The position numbers and the translations under genes are program-made. A stretch of 64,000 bases of DNA from the NCBI RefSeq assembly GCF_009914755.1, contig NC_060932.1. The stretch is one strand, 5' to 3'. Positions 42,208 through 56,285 of the stretch are shown here, one piece after another; positions within the stretch are counted from its first letter, which is position 1, and the number at the start of each line of letters is the position of its first letter. Under the pieces are notes generated by a model. That model was not told the DNA's origin, ran no database searches, and worked only from the letters and a program-made list of their open reading frames with translations. The stretch is from the human T2T-CHM13v2.0 reference genome, Homo sapiens.

Positions 42208-43123
42208 GCACTCAATAGTTTTATGTAGAATTTGTTATTCCTTGTGCTATATGAGTTTTAATGGGTATTAATTTTACAGGTGGGAAAATATGACACATAC
42301 ACGCAGTTGCAAGCTCAGAGGTCTAGGGCAAGGTGGATGCTAAGCTTAGCTGGGATCAAAGTCTTTTTACTCAAAGACTTGCCCTCTTTTTCATTTATTG
42401 AGACAACAAAACTAATAGATGTCATTGGGTAAGACATTGGGCGTACATGGGACAGTGAGTGAGATAAGGTCTCTATATGCAGCTCACACTCTGAAGAGAG
42501 GAGAGAGACAATAAGCACATATAACATGAAATAATATTTTGATGAGGATTATCAAAGAAATATACAGGATAGTGTTAAAACAATTAAAATGGGGGGATCA
42601 GCAGTATAGCGAAGGGTAAGTGGTACAACCTTGGATAGGGGTTGAGAGAAGTCCTCATGCTCCTGGGTTCTTCATCTCACTTCATTGTATTTTCATTCAA
42701 CAAATGTTTACTGGACTCACACTATGTACCAGAAAAGAAAATGGACAGAATCTGTATTCTTAGGGAGTTTACAATTGCAGAAGAGCTAGGGAATAAACAA
42801 ATGAGGGAAATACCAGCTAGTAATAACTACTTTGAAAAGAAGAATAATAGGTTATGAGACATAGCATATTTTGTCCTTTTCCACTGAGGTTCCCTGAGAA
42901 GATTAAGTCCAGCTACTCTGTTGCATACATAGGATATAATAAGTTAATTTCTATGCATCTAGAATGGTACTGGTTATGTACAAACCCTTGAAACAACTGA
43001 ACAACAAAAATCCAGTTACTAAAAGTATGTGTTGTGTTCTGTGATTCAGATGAGCAACACCAGTTGTGAAAAGTTATCAAAGGGAGGTATTGTTTAAGCA
43101 GAGCTCTGAATGTCAAGAAGCCA

Positions 43124-43411
43124 GGCTGGGTGTGGTGGCTCACGCCTTTAATTCTAACTCTTTGGGAGGCCAAGGTGGGCAGATCATGAGGTCAGGAGTT
43201 TGAGACCAGCCTGACCAACATGGTGAAATCCCATCTCTACTAAAAATACAAAAATTAGCCAGGCATGTGCCTGTAATCCCAGCTACTCAGGAGGCTGAGG
43301 CAGGATAATCACTTGAACCCAGGAGGCAGACATTGCAGTGAGCCAAGATTGTGCCACTGCACTCCAGCCTGGGGGACAGAGTGAGAATCTGTCTCAAAAA
43401 AAAAAAAAAAA
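43124..43411 (+). mobile_element. AluS
   Basis: Full Alu with a small deletion after the linker and an A-tail. Confidence 0.93.
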
Positions 43412-43419
43412 AGCCGGCC

Positions 43420-44380
43420 CTTGAGGGTCAGAGGATGGCAGGTATGGGGTAGTGGGAAGGGTCACTGCAAAGCCTTGAGGGCAGAGTCTGGCTTGGGTGC
43501 TCAAGGAACAGAAAGAAGCCAGGTGAGGCTAGGCAGGTGGATGAGAGGAGTGGGAAAAGAAAATGGTGCCAGAGAAGTAGGAGAAGGTAAATTATGGAGA
43601 ACCTTATTACCAAAGTTAGGAGCATATATTTTATTCAAAGTGTGGGCAATAGTTTAGACACAGCCAATAATCAAAGAAGGAAGACCAGTTAAGATGCTAC
43701 TAGGACATGTAATTAGGAGGTGCGGTAGCTTTATCCAATGTGGTAGTGGAATCAACAGGAATTACTGACGAATTAAATATGAAGGAAAAAAGAAAGCAAA
43801 GATAACACCTGGCTTTATGAGTGGCAGATGAAGGGTAGAGCCATTTACTAGGATAGGAAAGACTAAGAAGAAACACATTTGCAAAAATAAACTGAAGAAT
43901 TCTGTTTTGGTTATGTTACAATTGAGGTGACTACTTGAATCCAAGCAGTAACATCAAATTGACTTCTGAGTATGTGAGTCTGGAATCTGTAGAGAAAGAT
44001 CTAAGAGTCTTCACCATGGAGAGGATGTGGTCACCTAAAATGACATTGACGGTCCTGTAGGACTTATTGCCTGGCTTAGCATTTTCACACTCTCAAGATG
44101 GTCCTGTTTTGGCTGATTGATTACATCCTTGTTCTCTGTGTAGAAAATATACATGGCGAAGTAAAAGGAGTCTAGGGAAGACCCCAGGACATCACAACAC
44201 ATAGAGGCTGAGGAAAAGAGGAGGCGCACAAGAGATTGAGGGAAAAAATAGTCATTGAGGTAGGAGGAAAACCAGAAAAACATGGTGTCACACAGACAAA
44301 GGAAACATGTTTCATGAAGACAAGATAAGCATGTCAAATGTTGCTGGAAGTTCAGGCATGCAAAGGACATCCATGGGATC
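43420..44380 (-). mobile_element. L2 fragments
   Basis: Purine-rich antisense L2 text 'gcaaagccttgaggg', 'gccatttactaggatagg', 'tgtcaaatgttgctg'. Confidence 0.6.
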
Positions 44381-45922
44381 CGTACATTTCATCTGCTGGA
44401 AGTCATGGTTCCAGGGGATGGGACCATGACTCTCTATAGGACACAGAACAACCTGGGCCTGCAGAAATCTAGGCTATAGCATCACAGATGAATTAAGGAC
44501 GGTGTGTGGTGTACATGGAAAGGCCATGGAGTATTTCGTTTTAGCATGCACAGAACAACTGAGACAAATTTAAATTTCTTGAGATAAAAGAACAATGCCT
44601 TGTCAACGACATTGGCTGATACTAAGCTTAGAAAACGTAGACATTTATTTCAGAAAATAGAGAGCCTCCAAGGGCTCTGGCTTCCCAATAATGTTCCTAC
44701 TACTGTTATTGCTACTATCTGTTACTACTTCCACTACTGCTTCTGCACATCATTTCTTCTAACTCCCAGGCCAGTGCTGTTTTCCAGCAGATGATGCTGT
44801 CTCAGCAAAGCTTCTTGGCTGGTTATATAAAAGGCAATGGGGGAAAGAGTTAATTGGCAAACAGAGTGACTACATTTGCAACCCAAGAAGGCCTGCTGTG
44901 ACTTGTTATCTGCAGAGCTAAGCAGCTTGCTGTACAAGTGATATTCGAAGCTCATTGCTGTTAATGCCAGTGGGGCCACTTAACACCTTCCCGTAAATGG
45001 TCTCAAGATTAATATCTTGCCATTTATTTTATGTTATTTTTCCCCTTTGGAGAGAAGTCTTTCCTCATTTTTCGCCTTCAGGAGTCAGAGCTGAGAGAAG
45101 GTCAAACCCGGGGTGAGATGCGAACCTGACAGTTCCTTTCAAACTTCTCCCTGTGCAGCATGAATCATAGAGTTGGAGAATTACTCAGCAGAAAGGAAAG
45201 TGCATGGGCCTTGGAATCACAGACCTGTGTTCAAATTCTTAGTAACTAAATGAAGGAACTATTTAATTCATCTCAGCATTATTTTCTTTTCACTTGTTAA
45301 AATGAAAAGACACAATGAAATCTGTATCTGAGGGCCTTTTTTGAACAACTCACTCTAATATGGCTTCTACTCTCTCCACTGGATAAAACTAATCTTGAAG
45401 TGCATGTTCATTACAATTGATGCACATTCTTGCCTGAAACATATTTCTGTTACCTCATGCATTCCTAGTTTTCTTTCTACCACCCTGGTTACACTTGTTC
45501 AGTCTTCTGTGCTAGCTTTTACTCCTCTATCTGATCTCAGAATATGAAAATAAGCCTTCTTCCCTCTTCTTAAACACTCTCTCTAGATAATAGTCATCAT
45601 TTCATTAAACACCATGCATGTGCTGACAACTCTCAGATTTATCTCCATAGCCTAGATGTATCTTTGGAGATATGGTCTAGTTTGTCCACCTGCCCACTTG
45701 CCATCTCCACTTGGATGCCCTTTAAACATCACACACTAATATACCTATGAATCTTGAGCTTCTCCTTAAAAAACCATTCTACTCCAAGTCTACCACATCT
45801 CAGTAAATGACACCATTACCAACCTTATGACCCCAATTAAAAGCCTAAGGTTCATAGTAAATCCCTGTCTTCTGCCCTCCATATAAAATACATCTGTACC
45901 TCATGAGGATCCTATATCCAAG

Positions 45923-46299
45923 TGATATGATTTGGGTTTGTGTCCCCACCCAAATCTCATGTCAAACTGTAATCTCCAGTGTTGGAGGGGAGGGGTCAGG
46001 TGGGAGGTGATTAGATCATGGGGGCGGAGTTCCCTCTTGCTGTTCTCCTGATAGTGAGTTCTCATGGGTTCTGGTTGTTTAAAAGTGTGTAGCACCTCCT
46101 CCTCTCTCTTTCTCCTTCTGTGACCATGTAAGATGTGCCTGCTTCCCTTTCACCTTCTGCCATGATTGTAAGTTTCCTGAGGCCTCCCAGCCATGCTCCC
46201 TGTAGAGCCTGCAGAACTGGGAGCCAATTAAACCTCTTTTCTTTATATATTACCCAGCCTCAGGTAGGTCTTTGTAGCAATGCGAGAACGGACAATATA
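45923..46299 (+). mobile_element. MSTA/THE1D-like MaLR solo LTR
   Basis: tgatatgatttgg...gcaatgcgagaacggac. 5-bp TSD ccaag at 45918-45922 and 46300-46304. Confidence 0.9.
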
Positions 46300-46349
46300 C
46301 CAAGGATATCTTAAATTCATCAATTTCTCTTCATCTCCACTAGTACCTC

Positions 46350-46832
46350 CTAGGAGGCATATTTTTCATTTTCCCCTCCAGATCCATTTTTCAGCCTTCT
46401 CCAACCTGCATGATTCCTTGGCAGACTGAGCTGTATATACTACTATCAATAAACTCCCCAGCCTTTGGAGCGGCTAATTGGATTTAGCTAGTGGAGAGTA
46501 CTAGCGGGAAATTGGAGAGGAGAAAACTGCGGTTGGAGTGTGTGTTCCATGGGCTCCTCTCTTTCAGGATGGCCGTAGACTTACAGGGATCCTTCATAGA
46601 AGGTGTCATTCCCGTCAGGAGGCAGCCTTCTGTCTCCATGTTCTAGTTAGCCCTCCCTCTACTTGTGCCTCTGTGCCCTGTGTAGTAATGGCTCTCCACT
46701 GGTCCTTGTCTGCAAGGAACTGCACAGCTCTCTGTGTCTTTCTCACATCCTGCCTTGCATGATCCCTGTATTTAACACCCCCGAGCTATCCTTCTTTGAA
46801 AATGCTCTCTATTTCCTGCTGGGAGCATGACA
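46350..46832 (+). mobile_element. LTR33-like (ERVL) LTR
   Basis: 'cccctccagatcca...gggaaattggagagg...tctatttcctgctggga'. Confidence 0.6.
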
Positions 46833-47942
46833 GTTTCTGTTTTAAGTATTCTGTATTTTGTATTTGAGTCACCAAAAAACAACAAAAAAACAAAAATCAC
46901 TGTCCTAATTAGCCTCCTACACTTACCAAAACCAGCCTAATAAAGTCACTGCAGCAGAACTGAGTGGTCATTTCAAGACTTATATCATTTCACTTCACTG
47001 CTGAAAATATTTAAGAAGCTTCCTTTTGCATTACAATAACCTCCTTATTAATGGAATTAAGTCCCTTCATGATCTGGCCCCTGCCTACTCCTCAAGCATA
47101 TTTTGTGCTTTTCTATGGCTTTGTTTTTTGTGCTTCAGTCATGCAGATATAATTAAATTCTTTAAAACACTCCAAGCTCTTTGCTGCCTTGTGGATTTCA
47201 TGCAAGTTCCTATTTATGCCTAGACTCCTTTCCTCACAGAGAACATGCATATTTGCCTCCTCTTATTGCTGAGGTTTCAGTTTAGTTGCCACCTTTTCAG
47301 AAACACCATTTCTGACACCCGTCCTAAAGTAGTTCTTTCTTCATCATTCTTTGCCATGGCTTTGTGTTATTTTCTTTCATAGCAATGACTTCATTAATTA
47401 TTATTTATTATTTAATTATTTAATATATGTATCTCTTCGGTACACTGTAAGCATAACTCCATTGTGGTGGTGGTGGTGGTTTTTAATCTCACCCCATTAT
47501 AAACAATGTCTATCATATAGTAGGAGCCTGATAAATATTTATAGATTGAAGGCATTGGTCAGGTGCAAATACCTGGCTCATAGTATATGTTTGTTTATTG
47601 AGCATGTACCATTTAGCAAGTGCTTTATGATCCCTGAATGTTTGTTAGTAATATTAATAAGATAATCAAGTCCACTCTTTCTTCAGGTACTTCTGGTTAT
47701 CATGGATGGATTTTTGAGACATAATTCATAATTCAAATATTTAGGGTAATTAATCAATTGATTTTCATAATGGGGGGGCATGTAGGGATACCTGTTCTCT
47801 AATTGTCCTATTTTCTAAATACCAATCAAGTTTGATGAGTCAGAATACAGAGAATGAAGCAAATTTACCCGCTTACAAGCTTGGGAAATAGGACCTGTTG
47901 GTGGAGAAGAGTACTAATCTATTCCAATAGATACATATTGTT

Positions 47943-48628
47943 TTTTTTTTTAATTATTTATTTATTTATTTTTTTATTATTATACTTTAAGTTTTAGGGT
48001 ACATGTGCACATTGTGCAGGTTAGTTACATATGTATACCTGTGCCATGCTGGTGTGCTGCACCCACTAACTCGTCATCTAGCATTAGGTATATCTCCCAA
48101 TGCTATCCCTCCCCTCTCCCCCCACCCCACCACAGTCCCCAGAGTGTGATGTTCCCCTTCCTGTGTCCATGTGATCTCATTGTTCAATTCCCACCTATGA
48201 GTGAGAATATGCGGTGTTTGGTTTTTTGTTCTTGCGATAGTTTACTGAGAATGATGATTTCCAATTTCATCCATGTCCCTACAAAGGACATGAACTCATC
48301 ATTTTTTATGGCTGCATAGTATTCCATGGTGTATATGTGCCACATTTTCTTAATCCAGTCTATCATTGTTGGACATTTGGGTTGGTTCCAAGTCTTTGCT
48401 ATTGTGAATAATGCCGCAAAAAACATACGTGTGCATGTGTCTTTATAGCAGCATGATTTATAGTCATTTGGGTATATACCCAGTAATGGGATGTCTGGGT
48501 CAAATGGTATTTCTAGTTCTAGATCCCTGAGGAATCACCACACTGACTTCCACAGTGGTTGAACTAGTTTACAGTCCCACCAACAGTGTGAAAGTGTTCC
48601 TATTTCTCCACATCCTCTCCAGCACCTG
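47943..48628 (-). mobile_element. L1PA2-like 5'-truncated insertion
   Basis: Near-consensus young L1 3'UTR with GAG (non-Ta) at 'cccactaactcgtc'. TSD tacatattgtt at 47932-47942 and 48629-48639. Confidence 0.92.
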
Positions 48629-49387
48629 TACATATTGTTATATTTTAAAAATAGTTATTATTCATATTAAAGTGGATTCCAGCATAAATAAATAAAGGCT
48701 TTTGGATAGATTTACAATCTGAGACTTCTTCACCTAGTGGTATTTATCTGAATTAGAGGAATAGTACTAGGAAAAAACCAACAAGCCTCTTGGACGCTAC
48801 TATTCATTGCACATTTGAACCAAGACAGATAATAAACACAAATAGATATAATAGTTAAATAGCACCTGTTAAATTTTTAGTTAAAATTTTTTTACCTATT
48901 TGGGTAATGAGAAAAATTATAAGTGACTCCAAAAGGACTTAGATTAAAGCAAGTGTTGGGTTTTTTTCGTATAAGTTTCAGATATAGGAGAAAACCTTGA
49001 GTGGTTGTCTTTAGTGGACTCATGGCATGTGGGGTGGGGAAACAGAAGAAGCAAAATAGCACCATTTTATAAGTGAGGCAGCTGAGGGTTATAGGGATTA
49101 CATCTTGTCCAAGGTCAAAACAACCTTTCTGAGTTGGAGATGAGGACGCGTACCTGAGTACCTGCCTCCTGGTACCATGATGGTCAGATTCAGAAGTCCC
49201 CTCCAGGCCCACATTTCCATTTTCTTAAATTTATGTTCAGCAACACTTTATACCATGTGTGGTGATTTTAACAAGGTGAATAGTTAAACCTAGGAGTCCT
49301 TTCATATCCCTATTCTTACCTTGGCCCCATAGCATCTTCATTAAGTTGGTATTTTGGTTAAAGTGAGACTCAGAGAAGAAAGATCCC

Positions 49388-50005
49388 TGCTTTTTGGGAA
49401 TGTAAACTCGTACAACAGTATGGCAGACAGTACGGAGATTCCTTAAAAAACCAAAAGTGGAACTACCATTCGATCCAGTAATTCCATTACTGGGTATCTA
49501 CCCAAAGGAAAATAAGTCATTACATGAAAAAGACACATGCACATGCATTTTTATGGCAGCACAATTTGCAATTTCAAAAATATGTACTCAACATAAATGC
49601 TTATCAACCAATGACTGAATAAAGAAAACATGGGATATATACACCATGGAATGCTACTCAGCCATAAAACAAATAAAATTATGGTCTTTGCAGAAACTTG
49701 GATGGCCATTATTGTAAGTGAAGTAACTCAGAAATGGAAATCCAATTATCATATATTCTCACTTATAAGTGGGAGGTAAGCTATAAGGATGCAAAGGCAT
49801 ATAATGGAATGATATAATGGACTTTGGGGACTCAGGGGAAGAGTGGAAGGTGGGTGAAGGTTAAAAGACTAAACATTGGGTACAGTGTATGCTGCCTGGG
49901 TGGCAGGTGCCCCAAAATCTCAGAAATCACCACTAAAGAATTTATCTATGTAAACAAAACCACCTGTACCCTGAAAACTACTGAAATAAAATAAAAATTA
50001 AAACT
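49388..50005 (+). mobile_element. L1PB-class 3' fragment
   Basis: 'gaactaccattcgatccag...ggactttggggactcagggg...aaatcaccactaaagaa'. Confidence 0.85.
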
Positions 50006-52269
50006 AAAAGAATGAAGGTGCAACAACCATACACAAAAAAATTTACCAGCTTTCCTGTGGTCACACAACCAGAAAGTGACAAAATAAGGCCTCAAATTGT
50101 GGGTGTGCTGATTCCAGTTCTTATTGTCTTTTCACTTTTTGGTGTAAAGACAGTGAAAACAGCACAGGTCTCTGTTCTCTTTCTTTCTGTTTTGAGGCAA
50201 CAATTTTCTTTTAACACCTGTAACAAAAGTGTGGTACCTTATTTCTCCCTAAAGGCCGAAGGTTGGTGCCTTCCTCTGATGATTGCCACAGGCGGTCATC
50301 TGTTATCACCTGCTTCAGTGTGGAGCCACTTACAGAATCATGAAAAGAGAATTTACCCTAAAGGGTCTTGCTCAATAAACGTGCCGAGAAGAGGGAAGTG
50401 AGAGGGAATGGAGCTTTTCCCCACTGTCTTTACATAATTACTTTCTATAGGCAATGTTATAGCAATGTATAATTACAGGCATATAATAATAACTCTTGTT
50501 CTCAGGCCCAGAATTCAGGCTATGAGGTTTTGCGTAAGTAGAATCTACCTTTCAGTGCTGTGTAGAGGAGAGGAATTGGGAAAGATTTTGGAGGGCACAG
50601 ACTTGGGTTCAAAGTACAGCTTCATCACCTGCTGGCTTTGTAGCCTTGGACACAAAGAACATCTTTGACTCTTGCTGCTTTATTATCTCAAAGGATACCT
50701 CAATGGGCTTTTGAAAGTTTAACTGAAAAAATGTATGGAAAATATATAATAATAATATAGTAACTAAAATCAAATAGACACTCTAAAAATGTTTATTTCC
50801 TTCTCCTTCTCCATCCGATCGTGAGTAATACAGACTTTACCATAACATCTGCCAAGGGCAATGCAAATGAATCCTCTTTTCATCTTGAGAGGCAGAAGGC
50901 ATGCATGTAGGGAATTGCTAAAAGTTGTGATGCTGTAAGCCTATCCAGAAAACCAAAGGCCAGTGGGTTAATGCCCCCTGTCCTCAGTGAAGCTACAATA
51001 CATGATACAATGAGAACATTCTGTATGGTTTGAAGCTGAGAAGTTTCAAGCTAAGATAATTAATATGAATTGGCCAAAGTACACCCAAAGTAGGATATGA
51101 GTCAGTTGAGATCCCAGACTTCTGGCCTAGACAAGATCTATTCAAATCCAACTCTATTGGCAGAGTTTATTTTATTTTTAGGACCTATTTTTCTAAAGAT
51201 TTAAAATTCTTCTCTAAAATCATACCCTAGTCCTTCTTATTTTCTTATCTAGTTTCTCCCTTTTTTTAGGAATCCCTTTAGGCCACAACTTTTGCTCAGG
51301 TGTAATAATAATGTTCCTCCTACTGCTAAAAATAATAATGGTCAATATTAACGCAATAATGATATGTGATCATTTATATTATGTAATCTATTCATCAATT
51401 TTATAAGCATATAATAGCATTCCCACTTTACAGAAAAGAAACTGAGCTTATAGAGGTAGAGTAAATTGTCCATGGTCATTAGAGTAGATGGCAGGGCACT
51501 TCTAGGTCTGTCTCATTCTAAAACCCATATTCTAAATATACTTTTATATTCTAATATACTATCTTCATTCCAGTTGTGTATACATTAAATGTCTAGCCTC
51601 TTTTCCATACATTTAGGAGTAAATAATATTGCTTTTTAATGTATTGAATTCTGTCCCTTAATAATAGCAACAGATTTATAGTTTCTATGAGTTTTCCAGA
51701 GATGAAATGGCTGCTGACTCATCTTCAGTTGATAACTCAAAACATCATACACTTAACACATCCATGGCATCGTGGCCTTCTCTACCAAACCTGTTTCTGC
51801 CCAAATCATACACTGACATGTCATAAAATGGCACCATTGTGAACCTAGTGTCTTAGGTGAGAAATTTGGGATTCCTTCTTACCACCTCGGTCTGTTTCAC
51901 ATGTCACATTCTACAAATCAGTAAGTCCTAATGCTTTTACCTCTAAAATCTTAATTAATCAACATTTCTCTATTTCCATTGCCACTGATGTTCTGAGCAG
52001 AGGTTGGAGCACTCCTGGATAGAGGTGTCAGAGAGGGTATTTGAGAATTAGATGTGGAGCTTATTCAATGGGCTCTAAATTCCCCTCAAATTATGACACT
52101 TCATGAACTTATCTTCTCTATTGTATGTAACTCTCAAAAGGAGGTATTTAAGGGCTCAATGTGGCAAATGTAAGAAAAGCATCATTGATAGGAACATGTA
52201 GATAAGCACTCAGGCAGCTGTGGGCTGGACTATTTTGTGGAGCGGGTTTTTTGTCTGTGTGGTTTTGGC

Positions 52270-52291
52270 TCTCTGTCTCTCTCTGTCTCTC

Positions 52292-52369
<78 letters not shown>

Positions 52370-52378
52370 TATATATAT
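52270..52378. repeat. (CT)n(TA)n microsatellite at the L1 tail
   Basis: Read directly. Confidence 0.92.
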
Positions 52379-53856
52379 GTACTTTAAATTCTGGGATACA
52401 TGTGCAGAACATGCAGGTTTGCTACATAGGTATACTGTGCCATGGTAGTTTGCTGCACCCATCAACCCGTCACCTACATTAGGTATTTCTCCTAATGCTA
52501 TCCCTCCTCTAGCCCCCTACCCTAGGACGGGCCCCGGTGTGCGATGCTCCCCTCACTGTGTCCATGTGTTCTCATTGTTTAACTCCTGCTTATGAGTGAG
52601 AATATGCAGTATTTGGTTTTCTGTTCCTGTGTTAGTTTGCTGAGAATGATGGTTTCCAGCTTCATCCATGTCCCTGCAAAGGACATTAACTCATCCTTTT
52701 TTATATGAGGAGCTTTTTTTTCATGTGTTTGTTGGCCACATAAATGTCTTCTTTTAAGAAGTGTCTGTTCATATCCTTCGCCCACTTTTTGATGGGGTTG
52801 TTTGTTTTTTTCTTGTAAATTTGTTTAAGTTCTTTGTAGAATCTGGATATTAGCCCTTTATCAGATAAATAGATCACAAAAATTTTCTCCCATCCTGTAG
52901 GTTGCCTGATCACTCTGATGATAGTTTCTTTTGCTGTGCGGAAGCTATTTAGTTAGTTAGATCCCATTTGTCAGTTTTGGTTTTGTTGCCATTGCTTTTG
53001 GTGTTTTAGTCATGAAGTCTATGTTCTGAATGGTATTGTCTAGGTTTTCTTCTAGGGTTTTTATGGTTTTAGGTCTTATATTTAAGTCTTTATTCCCTCT
53101 TCAGTTAATTTTCGTATAATGCATAAGAATGGGGTCCAGTTTCAGTTTTCTGCATATGGCTAGCGAATTTTCCCAACACCATTTATTAAATAGGAAATCC
53201 TTTCCCTGATGCTTGTTTTTGTCAGGTTTGTCAAAGATCAGATGGTTGTAGATGTGTGACATTACTTCTGAGGCCTCTGTTCTGCTCCATTGATCTATAT
53301 ATCTATTTTGGTACCAGTATCATGCTGTTTTGGTTACTGTAGCCTTGTAGCATAGTTTGAAGTCAGGTAGCATGATGCCTTCAACTTTGATCTTTTTGCT
53401 TATGATTGTCTTGGCTATACGGTCTCTTCTTTGGTTCCATATGAAATTTAAAGTAGTTTTTTCCTAATTCTCTGAAGAAAGTCAATGGTAGTTTGATGGG
53501 GATAGCATTGAATCTATAAATTACTTTGGGGAGTATGGACATTTTCACGATATTGATTCTTCCTATCCATGAGCATTGGAATGTTTTTCCATTTGTTTGT
53601 GTCCTTTCTTATTTCCTTGAGCAGTGGTTTGTAGTTCTCCTTGAAGAGGTCCTTCACATCCCTTGTAAGTTGTGTTCCTAGGTATTTTATTCTCTTTGTA
53701 GCAATTGTGAATGGGAGTTCACTCATGATTTGGCTGTTTGTCTATTATTGGTGTACAGGAATGCTTATGATTTTTGCACATTGATTTTGTATCCTGGGAC
53801 TGCTGAAGTTGCTTATCAGCTTAAGGAGAATTTTGGCTGAGATGATGGGGTTTTCT
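52379..53856 (-). mobile_element. L1PA7/8-class 3' fragment with internal deletion
   Basis: Antisense L1 3'UTR and ORF2. Remnant peptides '[16 protein letters not shown]' and '[10 protein letters not shown]' appear in the ORF track. Confidence 0.92.
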
Positions 53857-54119
53857 ATTGTACACTTTGGCTAGCGTGCAGTCATTTGTAGATGACGTGC
53901 AGGTAATCTTTCCAAACCGAATTCTAACACAACGGCAAGCATCCGGAGTCTGATCTGTGTGGGAATTCCAACTCTGTCAGAAGTGTGCATGTGTCACCTT
54001 GGGCTCCTTAGCCTCTCTCAGACATAATTTGCTCATCTGTCAAAAAGATGATTCCTACCTCACATAGTGAGTGGACAAAATGAGATCATAATGCTGATGA
54101 TGATAAAGATAATAACGTG

Positions 54120-54900
54120 TATTTATTTATTTATTTCAAGAGCATTGCATGTCAGATAAGTGACAAGGATGGAGAGCACAAGAGAGACACGGTTCCTATC
54201 ATTGGGGAGTTTATTATTTACAGTGATAGACAGGTGTTAAACAATACTCATACAATGCTATGTAGATAATCATTCTAATAACAGGTAAGACTCATCGGCA
54301 CCTTTGCTATGCTAGGTAGTCAAAGTGTTTTACATACGTTATTTCATTCAGTCCTGTGGTAGACCTCCGAGGTAGACACTATCATCACCCCATTTTGTAG
54401 ATAAAGGAGCTGAAGCACCAAGAAGTGAAGTAACTTATCCAAGATTTTCCAACTACTAGTTGACCAAGTCCAGATTTGAACCCAGGCTGCTTGGCTCTTT
54501 ACAATCTCCTATTATACTGACAGTGTCAAGAAGGCAAACAGTAGGGCACTGTGAAATAACATACTAGGGATGCTGACATAGATTGATTAGGGTGTCTGGG
54601 AAGCCTATCCAAGGAAGTAACATTTAAGATGAACTTTAAAGGATAAGTAAGAGCCAGGGCAAGAAAGTTTGGAGCAAATACTTTGACATGGGTGTGGAAC
54701 AGACATAGATCAGGTGGGAGGAACCTTGAGAATGAGAGGGGGACCAGGGCAGGGGAAGCTGCAGAGACCAGCAAAGGACCAGAACAGGCAGCACTTTAGA
54801 GGCTGTGCCAGGGACTGTGGATTTTATTTTAAGAGCAAAGAGATCATTGCAGATTTTAATCAGGTAATGACATGATATAATTTTCTGAGATCTTGGTAGG
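54120..54900 (-). mobile_element. L2 interrupted by a MIR (54285-54515)
   Basis: Antisense L2 and MIR core motifs. Confidence 0.6.
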
Positions 54901-55109
54901 TATTGGGTATTATGATATGCTGGGTATAGTAGAGTAGATGGCATCCTATGAAGATTACATTTCTTAAAATCTCACAGGTGGTATGTGGCTAATGCAGAGT
55001 TTACTATGAGGCTAACCTGTTTCCACAGCCTTAACCTTAACCGTGCATGGTCCTGTATAGGGTGTACCGTATATTCTATGTGATAAATACCTCTAATCTA
55101 CCATCTGGT

Positions 55110-56285
55110 ATAATTCCATCCAGTCCTATTGCTTTCAGTCCCACTCTCATGCCAATGACTCCCACATTGATGTTTCCAGTTCCAGTCTTTCCTGGGAATT
55201 CCAACTCAGCAGTTGACTTGGTATCTCCATTTGTATGCTTATTGGCATCTCAAACTTAACATGTGAAAATATGAACAACTGATTTCCAGTTTTCAGTGGC
55301 GGCTTCATTATTCCATTGCCCGGGTTATATAGTTGACTGTCATCCTCCACTCCTCTCTTTAGTGCCCCAAAAGCAATCTGTCAGCAACTCACATTGGCTC
55401 TACTTTCAAAACATAGCCCCCTCCCCTTTCCGAATGCAAATCACCAGCATCTCTCCCCTCATTCTTGTTAAAACCTCCTCATAATTCACCTGGCTTCTAC
55501 AGTTATAAAACTGTTTTGCAGCTTTTCCTCTTAGAGTGAAAGAGAAAGTTTTCACCATGGTCTATAAGACTGTACCTGTTTTATTTATTTTTTTATTGCT
55601 CATTTGTTTACATTTAGTCTGTGACTACTTTCATGCTATAACAATACAGTTGAGTGGTTGCAACAGAGACCATATGGCCCATGAATATAAAATATTTATT
55701 ATTTGGCTCTTTGCAGAAAGAATTTTCTGATTCATGCTCTATGTAATCTTCACATACTCCCCAAGATATGCACACACATACACATACTTCTCTGACCTCG
55801 TCTTCCAACACTCACACCCTTTCCTACTCTGTTTTAGCTACATTGGCATCCATGCAATGTCAGAAACTTTCTCAGAATGTCCTTACCTCAGGGAAGTTTA
55901 CTTGCCTTTCCCACTGTCCGGAGGACCCTTCACCCATGATCAAATGCATTCATCCATTCATATGCAAAGCTCCCGAGCTTCCTTTCAAGGTTTTTGCTCA
56001 AATGTCATGTGATTCAAACACTCTCTTCAGGTTTCCCTGGTTTAAACAAAGAAACAAACAAACAACACCCTCCCCTATTGGTCTCTTTCATTCTCATCTT
56101 GCTTATTTTTCTTTGTACCCCTTACTTCCACTGACAGTGTGTAACTTGTATATTCTCTGTCCCTTGACTACAATGTAAACACCATGAAAGCAGAGACTTC
56201 ATTTTATTCATTCCTTCATCATCTGTGACTTGAAGAAAGCCAGGTATGTAAATGCTCAATTACTTTTATGAATAAATGAATGCAT
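55110..56285 (+). mobile_element. L2 with an internal MER58 fragment (55620-55730)
   Basis: 'ggcatctcaaacttaacatg', 'ttggctctactttcaaaacata' and tail 'atgaataaatgaatg'. Confidence 0.65.

Larger units (their letters stand above)
45335..47550 (+). mobile_element. L2 (long, fragmented) hosting two LTRs
   Basis: 'ccatctccacttggatg', 'catctcagtaaatgacacc', 'catgatctggcccctgcctac' and tail 'ataaatatttatagattgaa'. Confidence 0.7.

Noticed and set aside
48184-48426. L1 ORF2 C-terminal peptides (also 52701, 53514, 57150, 60829)
   Set aside because: Remnants of truncated L1s that cannot encode functional ORF2p.
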